Shown here in pieces: positions 18,103-26,630 of a DNA stretch of 35,080 bases. The notes below the pieces were generated by a model, which saw nothing but the letters and a program-made list of their open reading frames with translations, did not search any database and was not told the origin of the DNA. Made by a program: the position numbers and the translations under genes. Position 1 is the stretch's first letter, and the number at the start of each line of letters is the position of its first letter. The DNA is taken from assembly GCA_044225085.1 (NCBI GenBank), contig JBGAJE010000002.1:1-35080 (forward strand). Reading direction: 5' to 3'. Origin of the DNA: Rickettsiales bacterium (GTDB lineage Bacteria > Pseudomonadota > Alphaproteobacteria > Rickettsiales > UBA3002).

Positions 18103-19850
18103 CGTAACTCCTCCACCGGCACCACGCCGCATACATTTAGGGCGGACGCTACAACAACCGCCATCGCCCGTGCAAGCGCTAATCGCGCCGTTGTGAGTGC
18201 AGGCTGATCGGCCTGGACGAAGCGGATATCGGCATCCTTCGAGCCCACGTTCCACAGGCCATGGAAGGCGGCGGCCACCTCCTGCACATAGTAAATAATC
18301 CGGTGCGGCTCATGCGCAATTGCCGCCTGCTCCACCTGGCGTGGCCATGCGGCGAGTAGCTTAATGAGGGTGAGCTCCGCGGGATGGTTTAACACCGTAA
18401 GCTGCTCAGCCGTGACGGTTTCGGAAGCTTTGAACGCAGCCGGAGCTTGCTCCGCCGCCAATCGCAGCACGGATTTGGCGCGTGCATGGGCGTATTGCAC
18501 GTAGAATACGGGATTATCTTTCGATTGTTCTTTCACTTTTTCTAGGTCGAATTCCATTACCATGTCGCTTTTGCGCATGAGCATCACGAAGCGCAGAATA
18601 TCGCGTCCTACGGCTTCCATCACATCCCGCACAGTAATGAACGTCCCCGCCCGTTTGCTCATTTTAAACGGCTCGCCATTCTGGAACAGATGCACCAGCT
18701 GGCATAAAATCACATCACAATCCGCCTTGCCGCCTGAAAGCGCCCGCACTGCCGCCCGCAAGCGTTTGAGGTATCCCCCATGGTCCGCCCCCAGCACCAA
18801 AATCTGGTGGTTGAACCCGCGCGAAATTTTATCCTGCGCCAGCGCGAGATCCCCCGCGATATAGGCATAACTCCCGTCCGATTTAATCACCGGCCGGTCC
18901 GTATCGTCGCCATAGGCCGTCGATCGGAACAGCGTCAGCTCCACCGGCTCCCAATCCTCCGGCGCCTTGCCCTTTGGCGGCTCCAGCACGCCGCGGTAAA
19001 TCAGCCCGTGCCCGCGCAACGTATCGATCGCTTCCTCAATCTTGTTCGCCCGCAGCAGCGCCGCTTCGGAGGTGAACACATCATGATAAATCCCGAGATC
19101 CGCTAGATCCTGCTTGATCAGCGCCATCATCGCCTCAAGCGCGATGGCTTTGCATGCAGGCAACCACACATTCTCCGGTGCATCCATCAGCTCGCTGCCA
19201 TGCACCGATTGAATCGCCGCGCCCGCTGCTTTCATATATTCACCCGGGTAAAGCCCCTCGGGAATCTCCCCGATCATCTCCCCGCACGCCTCGCGATAGC
19301 GCAGATACGCCGACCGGGCGACCTTCTCTACCTGCGCGCCCGCATCGTTGATGTAATATTCCTTGGTAACGCTATAGCCCGCCTTCAGCAGCAGCAGCGC
19401 AAGCGAATCGCCCACCACTGCCCCGCGCGCATGACCCACATGCATTGGCCCGGTCGGGTTCGCTGAGACATATTCCACATTGATTCGCTCGTTTTTGCCG
19501 ATGGTCGAGTTCCCAAATCCCGTTCCCTCGCTCAAAATCGCCGGCACCACCGCCTGCCACGCGCTGGGCGTGAGCCGGATGTTGATGAAGCCTGGGCCGG
19601 CGACGCTTACTTCCTCCACCGCCGGAAGCCCGCGCAGTTTTTCTGCAATTTTATCCGCAATCTCGCGTGGTTTTTGTTTGGCCTGCCCTGCGAGCACCAT
19701 TGCCGCGTTGGTCGATAAATCCCCGTGCGTCGCATCCCGCGGCGGCTCCAGCGTCACGGCGTCGAGCTTCATGCCGGGAACAACAGCCTCGGCAGCAGCG
19801 AGCACATGGTTACGATAAATTTCAAAAATATTCACTGGCAGCCCCTTCAA
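18099..19850 (-). CDS. argS: arginine--tRNA ligase
   Basis: SANPTGPMHVGHARG (HIGH) and FKMSKRAG (KMSK) motifs are present. The length is typical. Confidence 0.95.
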   Translation of the reverse strand: MKGLPVNIFEIYRNHVLAAAEAVVPGMKLDAVTLEPPRDATHGDLSTNAAMVLAGQAKQKPREIADKIAEKLRGLPAVEEVSVAGPGFINIRLTPSAWQAVVPAILSEGTGFGNSTIGKNERINVEYVSANPTGPMHVGHARGAVVGDSLALLLLKAGYSVTKEYYINDAGAQVEKVARSAYLRYREACGEMIGEIPEGLYPGEYMKAAGAAIQSVHGSELMDAPENVWLPACKAIALEAMMALIKQDLADLGIYHDVFTSEAALLRANKIEEAIDTLRGHGLIYRGVLEPPKGKAPEDWEPVELTLFRSTAYGDDTDRPVIKSDGSYAYIAGDLALAQDKISRGFNHQILVLGADHGGYLKRLRAAVRALSGGKADCDVILCQLVHLFQNGEPFKMSKRAGTFITVRDVMEAVGRDILRFVMLMRKSDMVMEFDLEKVKEQSKDNPVFYVQYAHARAKSVLRLAAEQAPAAFKASETVTAEQLTVLNHPAELTLIKLLAAWPRQVEQAAIAHEPHRIIYYVQEVAAAFHGLWNVGSKDADIRFVQADQPALTTARLALARAMAVVVASALNVCGVVPVEELR

Positions 19851-19882
19851 AAGAGGCCCAGTTCTAGAACAAATCCCGTGGA

Positions 19883-20863
19883 TTAGTCACGTATAATTAC
19901 GGCTGGCTGCCGTGGTTTTTCACCGATTTGCCTTGGGGGATCATTTTCTTCTCGGTGCTCGCCACCCGATAACGGCTGGAAAGCCACTATATCCGCCGGG
20001 TGGATAAGGTTTGCTAGTGGATTATCGCCACCGAAATGCTGTTCGGGTTGGGCCATAAGCTCAGCTTCAACGGCAGGGCGCAGTTGTTGCAAATATTGGC
20101 TGCGCGTCAGCGGTGGTGGATGTGTTGGTTCAGCTGTGGCATGCAACTCGTTCGGTGTGATGCCGGCTTCGCGCGCGAGGGCCACGGTTTCAGGATCCCC
20201 GAGCTGTCCCCTAATATACGTGGCGAGCCCATGCCCTCTGCCCAATAATGCCGCAGTTGCATCGGCCAATCGTTCCTGATTGCGCTCCGTTTCGTGCGTT
20301 TCATCATTATGTACGGCGACTTTGCCTTTATCCGTCGGATCGCCATGATGCAGGTGCCCCAGCTCGTGCCCAGCCATGTCGATGATCTCATCCGGTTCCA
20401 TCTTCGGATCGACTGGGATAAATCGCGTTCCCTCACGGGTAAGTTCCGCGCCACCTTGGCTTCCCATTTCTTTTGGGTCGATCGCAATTAAACGTGGTGC
20501 TGATTCCATCCCCAATTGCTTGGCCATTTCCGCTACCGCCGCCAACACTCGTGGGTTTTCGTAGGGTGTCATGGAGGCCAGGACCTCGTCGGAAAATTCG
20601 CGCTGCTGGCGAACATACTCTTCCGTCCAGCGATGTTCTTGTTCGGTAACCACGAAAACCGGCTTGCCCTGTTCATCGCGAGAAAGGTTCATTTTGCCTT
20701 TTTCCGCTAACATATCGCTGAGCACGATCGTCGGCATTTCGCCGCTGCTTAGCACTAATTCATCATATACCCGTTGGGCTGACGGCAATAGCTCATCACG
20801 CTTTAGCTCGATACGGGCCGGTGTGGCTGGGGGTAGATCGTCTTGATCGGTTTCGTTATCCAT
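19883..20863 (-). CDS. soluble HExxH metalloprotease-like protein (M48-like), paralogue 1
   Basis: HELGH is at 20354-20368, followed by ...ERNQERLADATAA (candidate third ligand Glu). No TM segment or signal peptide. Collinear similarity with the upstream gene. Confidence 0.7.
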   Translation of the reverse strand: MDNETDQDDLPPATPARIELKRDELLPSAQRVYDELVLSSGEMPTIVLSDMLAEKGKMNLSRDEQGKPVFVVTEQEHRWTEEYVRQQREFSDEVLASMTPYENPRVLAAVAEMAKQLGMESAPRLIAIDPKEMGSQGGAELTREGTRFIPVDPKMEPDEIIDMAGHELGHLHHGDPTDKGKVAVHNDETHETERNQERLADATAALLGRGHGLATYIRGQLGDPETVALAREAGITPNELHATAEPTHPPPLTRSQYLQQLRPAVEAELMAQPEQHFGGDNPLANLIHPADIVAFQPLSGGEHREENDPPRQIGEKPRQPAVIIRD

Positions 20864-20871
20864 CGAGCACC

Positions 20872-21894
20872 TTAGTGCGGCCGATCACGCGAAGCAGCTT
20901 TCCCGGCACTGACACCAAGTGCCGCGCCATTCTCCACCACATGCTCACCGCCCGCCATACGCTGCATAGGCTGGGTGATTGAGCGGTCGATAAGAGAGGG
21001 ATCTACTGGGCATCGACCGGCGGCCACTTCAATATCGGCCCCTTGGCGGGCAAAATCGAGACGCGGACCTATAGCTGGGTGATGAGGATCAAGCTCGCGC
21101 TCAAACTCTGCTAACGATATACCGCGAGCAGCAGCGATCCGTTTAACGTCTTGGTAGTTAGGATCCATGGCATCAGCAAATTTTTCGCCCTGACATAATT
21201 CGACCGCTTTCGAATCTGCTCGCCTTTCTCTCGCGTGAGTTAACTGTCCGCTTTCATCGTTATGTACCGCTGCAAGGCTAGCCGGAGATAGGTCCTTATT
21301 CGCAACATGCCCTAGTTCATGCGCCAGAACACCAAGAGCATCCTGAGTCGATAAATTAGGGTCCATAAAGATCACCGGATCGCCATCCCTAACCGCATAA
21401 GCCGCTCCAAGAGAATTTATCTTTTCTCTCTCTATAGCCAGCAATCTTGGCTCTTTAATATTATAACCTTGGTCATTCAATTTTTTGACCATTGCTTTCA
21501 ATTGCGTTTGTACCTCTGGATTACTGTAAGGCGTCGTACTCACCGAAGCGATCTCTTCAGCCGTCAGAGAGTTCTCTTTAGCATCTTGCTCTGTCCAGCG
21601 GCGCGCAGCCTCGGGTACAAGAATGAATGGCGCGCCATTTTCGGCATGAAAAACCGTTGACATGCCCTGCTTATCAGGACGCCCATTATCGACAATGATA
21701 GCAGGGGCTGGCTCATTGGGATTATCCTTTACGAGCCGTTCATAGGCCTCCCGCGCTTTTGGCAAAAGGCTTCCTGACGGAATGAGCCTGGTGGGGCCCA
21801 AGGCTAGCCTTTGCGCGTGTTCTTCCTCAGGACTTATACGAATATTATCAGCCACAACACCCCTCGCAACAATACAATTATGGCTAACAAGCAT
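20872..21894 (-). CDS. soluble HExxH metalloprotease-like protein (M48-like), paralogue 2
   Basis: HELGH is at 21307-21321, followed by ...HARERRADSKAVEL. Shares TPYxNP, PRLxAI, AVHNDE and C-terminal GGEH blocks with paralogue 1. Confidence 0.7.
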   Translation of the reverse strand: MLVSHNCIVARGVVADNIRISPEEEHAQRLALGPTRLIPSGSLLPKAREAYERLVKDNPNEPAPAIIVDNGRPDKQGMSTVFHAENGAPFILVPEAARRWTEQDAKENSLTAEEIASVSTTPYSNPEVQTQLKAMVKKLNDQGYNIKEPRLLAIEREKINSLGAAYAVRDGDPVIFMDPNLSTQDALGVLAHELGHVANKDLSPASLAAVHNDESGQLTHARERRADSKAVELCQGEKFADAMDPNYQDVKRIAAARGISLAEFERELDPHHPAIGPRLDFARQGADIEVAAGRCPVDPSLIDRSITQPMQRMAGGEHVVENGAALGVSAGKAASRDRPH

Positions 21895-21917
21895 TAATAT
21901 ATAGTTAATTTATGAGC

Positions 21918-23094
21918 TTACGTCCGTGCCGCCGGGTCAAAAATCCGGGCGTGTTCTTCGAGGGCGAAGCGGTCCGTCATGCCGGCGATGAAGTCGGCGA
22001 TGATTTCGGCGGTGCGTTGGGTGCCTGTGCCATCCGTCTGGGCGTACCAGACCGAGGGTAAACAGCCTGGTTCTTCAAGGAAAAAGTTGAAGAGTTCCTG
22101 TACCACCCGGCGGGCCTTACTGGTCATGCGGTTGACCTTGAAATGGCGGTACATATGCTTGAATAGGAATGTTTTGATGGATTTATTGACGATTTCCATC
22201 TCTGCCGAGAAACGCACGAGTTGCTGGCCCAGCTTGCGCACATCTTCCGGTGAGGTGATTTTGAAATCTTTAATCCGCGCTTGGGTGTTGCCTAGCACGT
22301 CGCTCATCATGCGGTTAATCATCCGCCGCACCACTTCGTGGCTTTGGCGTTGGGGGGAGCATTGGGTATTGGCCACGCACTTCCATGATAAGTTCGCCGA
22401 GTAGCGGCAGGCCTTCCAACTCGTCGAGCGTGAAGAATCCCGCGCGCAGACCGTCATCGATGTCGTGGTTATTATAGGCGATGTCATCGGCAATGGCGGC
22501 GACTTGGGCTTCGGCGCTGGCGTAGCTGCTTAACTCTAAGTCCTGCTGCTCGATGTAATAGACGAGTGCGCGGGGAAGCGGCCTTGCACCGGCGAAGCCT
22601 GTGAGGGGCCCGTTATGCTTCGCGATGCCTTCGAGTGTTTCCCAGGTGAGATTCAGCCCATCGAAATCGGCATAGCGATTTTCGAGATGAGTGAGGATGC
22701 GGATGGTTTGGGCGTTATGGTCGAACCCGCCAAAATTTGCCATCGCTGCGTGCAACCCATCTTCCCCCGCATGGCCGAAGGGTGGGTGACCCAGATCATG
22801 CGCGAGGGCTAATGCCTCCGCCAAATCCTCATTCAGATGTAAACTGCGGGCGAGACCACGGGCAAGTTGCGCGACTTCCAGCGAATGGGTCAGACGCGTG
22901 CGGTAATGGTCGCCCTCGTGATTGACGAAGACTTGCGTCTTATATTCCAACCACCGAAACGCGACCGAGTGAATGATACGGTCGCGATCCCGCTGATGCG
23001 GTGTGCGCATGTGGCATTCGCGTTCAGAAAATAACCGCCCGCGGGATTTTTCGGGGTCGGTCGCATATGCTGCTAAATTCAGATACTGGGTCAT
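21918..23094 (-). pseudogene. dgt: dGTP triphosphohydrolase-like HD-domain protein, frameshifted in a G6/C6 run
   Basis: ORF 22315..23094 ([25 protein letters not shown]) and ORF 21918..22493 ([15 protein letters not shown]...GMTDRFALEEH) are the N- and C-terminal parts of one dgt-like protein in different frames. The junction is at the homopolymer 22352-22357. Confidence 0.8.
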
Positions 23095-23130
23095 GGGCGC
23101 GACGATAGTTCAAGAAAAACGCTTGAGCAA

Positions 23131-23382
23131 CTAATCCTGACGCTCGTTCTTATAACAAAAGCGTACAACGCTTTCCGGATGCCGAATGCACAACATTCCC
23201 ACGACAAACTTTGCAAGAATACTGAGGAAGATCGACATACTGCCATGACTGCCTAAACTTAATGCCCCCTGCCAAATATCCGGAAGCATCCAAAGCAAAT
23301 TAATCGTTGCGAAGGCAGCATCCGCCAAAAAATAGAGACCCACCGCTCGCACAATCACACCAAACGCTTGTTTGTCCTTCAT
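23131..23382 (-). CDS. hypothetical small membrane protein
   Basis: 83-aa ORF with two hydrophobic segments, lying upstream of dgt on the same strand. No family recognised. Confidence 0.4.
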   Translation of the reverse strand: MKDKQAFGVIVRAVGLYFLADAAFATINLLWMLPDIWQGALSLGSHGSMSIFLSILAKFVVGMLCIRHPESVVRFCYKNERQD

Positions 23383-23491
23383 AATTTTCTCCCTGGGTTA
23401 CATGGGCCAAACCCTATGGGTTACCGCCTTCTCGGTCAAGTAGAAGCACAGCACTATTGTAGCCACACAGCAATTGCCCTACATTACAGCA

Positions 23492-23830
23492 ATGGAACAA
23501 GCCTTCACCGTCTCCCCCGCCGCCACCGCGCGCATCGCGCATTTGCTCGCAAGTGAACCCACTGGCTCGCGACTACGCGTTGCTGTTGAAGGTGGCGGTT
23601 GCTCCGGCTTTCAATATAAGTTTGATTTCGAGCAGACGCCGCCCGCGAGTGATGACAGGATATTCGGGACGGATAAGGCGCCGGTGATTATCGATGAGAC
23701 ATCGCTCAACTTTATTGCCGGGGCGATGCTGGATTATGTCGAGACTTTAGGTGACGCGCATTTCGAGATTAAAAATCCGCAGGCGAAAAGCAGCTGTGGG
23801 TGCGGGAATAGTTTTAGCGTCGCGCTTTAG
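23492..23830 (+). CDS. erpA: iron-sulfur cluster insertion protein (HesB/IscA/ErpA family)
   Basis: ATG 23492 (MEQAFTVSPAATARIAHLL). GGGCSGFQYKF and C-terminal SSCGCGNSF motifs are present. Confidence 0.9.
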   Translation: MEQAFTVSPAATARIAHLLASEPTGSRLRVAVEGGGCSGFQYKFDFEQTPPASDDRIFGTDKAPVIIDETSLNFIAGAMLDYVETLGDAHFEIKNPQAKSSCGCGNSFSVAL

Positions 23831-24927
23831 CGATAGCGCGCTTGGCCACCGTCCCGCATGGGAACTTTTTCGATACCCTGAGTCACTTCTTCCATTCGAT
23901 CAAACCCGGCAAAAAGCTCGCGAAGGGTATTGGGGAGCATGTAATGTTTGTGATCCCTAAGATCGAGCTTGGCAAAAGCGGGGGTATTTTCCGCAATCGG
24001 GATCGTTTTACAAAACACACTCAACTCTTCAGCCGCTCCATCGGTTAGCGCATAGCCTTTGGTATGGTGGCCAAGCACGATGGCTTGCATTTCGCCTTTC
24101 TTGATGAATTTTTTGATCATGCCCGCAATCAAACCCAGGCGACCAAGCTCATCGAGTTTTTGGTAATCGGTAAACTGATGGCCACCCTCGCCGCAAGCGG
24201 CGCGGTACAAATCATCGGTATAAGAAACTGGTTTGGCGGTGGCTAATAGCTCATCCAGCAAAGAGGCAGATAAGGGGGATTTGACGGCTTCGCCTAATGC
24301 ATTTTTTAGGCTCTGGATATCGACTTTATTAAAGTGGATAGTAAAATGATGCGCCGGATAATTCCGCCAATCCTCTTCTTGCAGCGCGCCAATTTCGACA
24401 TCCATGCCACACAATGTTTGTGCGGCGTCATCCGTTACCATGACCATGAGCAACCGACGATCGGGCCCATAAATGACGCGTAACGCATCCTTTTGTATCA
24501 GGTCCCGCAACAGCCTGATCATCTTTGCCTTAGGCATAGGCACTATATTGGAGCCTGGCCGTTCGTGGGCGAGCAAACGCCCTGCATAATTGCTGGAAAT
24601 AACTCTTGCTCCCGCTAACAAATCGCTAATGAGTTCATAATCATCGCCGATCCGATCGCGAAATTGTGACAAATGGACGATATGATCATGTGGTCCAAAA
24701 TCATAGAATGGGTAGCAAGTTTCTTTCGCAACTGGGCCCAATTGGGGTTCTACTTTAAAATCTAATGCGCGCAATTCTGTTGCTGCCTTATCCGTGACAG
24801 CAATATCTCGAAGGCGCCCTTCTCGATCAAACACGCGGCGCAATTCGTCGCGCATCACCAGCTTGCGTATGCCGGCTATGACGTTGGCTTGCTGTTTTAG
24901 TGCTTCTGTTTGTTGGTCATAATTCAT
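23827..24927 (-). CDS. hypothetical protein (orphan) built from three tandem ~120-aa modules
   Basis: 366-aa ORF with the repeated block [IV]..[VL]TD.AA..L, seen as IAVTDKAATELRAL, VMVTDDAAQTLCGM and YALTDGAAEELSVF. Confidence 0.6.
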   Translation of the reverse strand: MNYDQQTEALKQQANVIAGIRKLVMRDELRRVFDREGRLRDIAVTDKAATELRALDFKVEPQLGPVAKETCYPFYDFGPHDHIVHLSQFRDRIGDDYELISDLLAGARVISSNYAGRLLAHERPGSNIVPMPKAKMIRLLRDLIQKDALRVIYGPDRRLLMVMVTDDAAQTLCGMDVEIGALQEEDWRNYPAHHFTIHFNKVDIQSLKNALGEAVKSPLSASLLDELLATAKPVSYTDDLYRAACGEGGHQFTDYQKLDELGRLGLIAGMIKKFIKKGEMQAIVLGHHTKGYALTDGAAEELSVFCKTIPIAENTPAFAKLDLRDHKHYMLPNTLRELFAGFDRMEEVTQGIEKVPMRDGGQARYR

Positions 24928-24998
24928 GGTGCATTCCCGAGCCCAGCATCAGACTTTATCAGAAACTCGCTTCAGAATTATGACGTTTTTGTGAAATG

Positions 24999-25012
24999 TT
25001 AACCTAGGTTAA
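24999..25012. promoter_or_regulatory. perfect 14-bp palindrome TTAACCTAGGTTAA in a divergent intergenic region (candidate operator)
   Basis: Read directly from the sequence. It lies 40 nt upstream of the xthA ATG and 72 nt upstream of the orphan start at 24927. Confidence 0.4.
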
Positions 25013-25051
25013 ACACTTGCAGAAAGCTGCGGTTGCTTACATAACCAGCCT

Positions 25052-25843
25052 ATGACCATTTCCATCGCCACCTTCAACGTCAACTCCATCAAGGCTCGCC
25101 TGCCCAATGTGCTGGCGTGGCTGGATGCCGCAAAGCCGGATATCGCCCTGCTACAGGAGCTAAAATGCGTGAACGAAGCTTTCCCTGCGATGGAGATTGA
25201 GGAACGCGGCTACAACCTCGCCCTTCACGGCCAGAAAACCTATAATGGCGTCGCTATCCTCTCCAAATTCCCACTCGATGATATCATCCGCGATTTACCG
25301 GAAGCGGATGGGGATGACCATGCGCGCTATATCGAAGCTGTTGCGAGTGTGCCTGGTGGCGCCATCCGCGTGGCCAGCGTCTACGTTCCCAATGGCCAGG
25401 CCATCGATTCCGATAAGTTTCCGTACAAGCTAAAATTCCTCGAGCGTTTGCGCACTCATTGGCAGAAGCAGCTCGCTTTTCATGAGATCGCGGTGCTGGG
25501 TGGCGATTTCAACGTCGCCCCTGCCCCACTGGATGTTTATGACGCCGTGGCACTTGATGGCAGCGTTTGCTATCACCCGGCTGAGCGGGAGCGGTTGCGC
25601 GCCCTCACCAATCTTGGTCTTTACGATGCGTTCCGCGCGTTGCACCCGCATGATCGGCAGTTCAGCTGGTGGGATTATCGTGGGAATGCGTATGAAGCTG
25701 GACATGGGTTGCGTATCGATCACCTCCTCATCTCGCCGCTGGCGGCTGACCGGCTGGTAGCGTGCCATATCGATGAAACGCCGCGGGCATTGGATAAGCC
25801 ATCGGATCATGCGCCGGTGGTATGCACGCTCGCAATAACGTAG
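25052..25843 (+). CDS. xthA: exodeoxyribonuclease III
   Basis: IATFNVNSI, LLQELK, GDFNVAP, IDHLLIS and SDHAPV are EEP-family ExoIII motifs. Confidence 0.95.
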   Translation: MTISIATFNVNSIKARLPNVLAWLDAAKPDIALLQELKCVNEAFPAMEIEERGYNLALHGQKTYNGVAILSKFPLDDIIRDLPEADGDDHARYIEAVASVPGGAIRVASVYVPNGQAIDSDKFPYKLKFLERLRTHWQKQLAFHEIAVLGGDFNVAPAPLDVYDAVALDGSVCYHPAERERLRALTNLGLYDAFRALHPHDRQFSWWDYRGNAYEAGHGLRIDHLLISPLAADRLVACHIDETPRALDKPSDHAPVVCTLAIT

Positions 25844-25847
25844 CATA

Positions 25848-26630
25848 GTGGCGAACTTTTCTTACCCCCCGAGGCTAGATAGTGAAACCCTTGCGGCTTT
25901 CGAGACTCGCGCGACCGAGATTTTTAAGGCCATTGAGATATTGGCTAGAAATGAAGGCGTACACTTAAGTCATATTTTCGCCTCTGCACTTACATTATCA
26001 GTAAAAAAAGTACCTTACAGGGACATGTCCCTGTCTTATCAGATTGTAATGGACGCGCGCGGTGGATTGGGAGATGTAACCCCCAAAAACTCTGAATTAT
26101 GCCGTAAAGTTTTTGCTGACTGGCATGAGCTGGCGGCGGATTATGCCGCTGCCTATGCCGTTGCGAGGGACAAGGCTAGAATAGCAACTCAAGAAGCAAA
26201 AGCCGAGAGGGAGCAAGCCCGCAAGATAGCAGCCGCTGCAAAGCGTCAGCAAGAATTGGCTCAAAAAAAATTGGAACAAGCTGAATGGGGGACACGTATA
26301 AAAAAGAAGGGCCAAATGAGAGCAGATGCCGCAGTTATGGAGACATTCGATATGCGCGCTAGAAATATTTATGAAACGCTCACTGATCTACTTACTAAGG
26401 CTTCGCCGCAGGTTTCGAAATATGACATTTTTTCTCTTAGTGAAATAAATACTAAACGCGTTCGCTATAAGACTGCGGGCTTAAGAAACGGTGAATCATT
26501 TGCGGATGCTTTAACGAAAATTCGAGGTGCTTTTGGCAATCATCCACCAGCCGATCTTGAAAAAGCATTGGATGACTGGCGCACATTAAGGGATGATTAC
26601 CAAAACCCAATTCGCACTAAGTCTCGTTAA
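25848..26630 (+). CDS. hypothetical protein (orphan): two repeats flanking a coiled-coil segment
   Basis: 260-aa ORF with a GTG start 4 nt after the xthA stop. Central QEAKAEREQARKIAAAAKRQQELAQKKLEQAE. The N- and C-terminal halves are alignable. Confidence 0.55.
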   Translation: MANFSYPPRLDSETLAAFETRATEIFKAIEILARNEGVHLSHIFASALTLSVKKVPYRDMSLSYQIVMDARGGLGDVTPKNSELCRKVFADWHELAADYAAAYAVARDKARIATQEAKAEREQARKIAAAAKRQQELAQKKLEQAEWGTRIKKKGQMRADAAVMETFDMRARNIYETLTDLLTKASPQVSKYDIFSLSEINTKRVRYKTAGLRNGESFADALTKIRGAFGNHPPADLEKALDDWRTLRDDYQNPIRTKSR

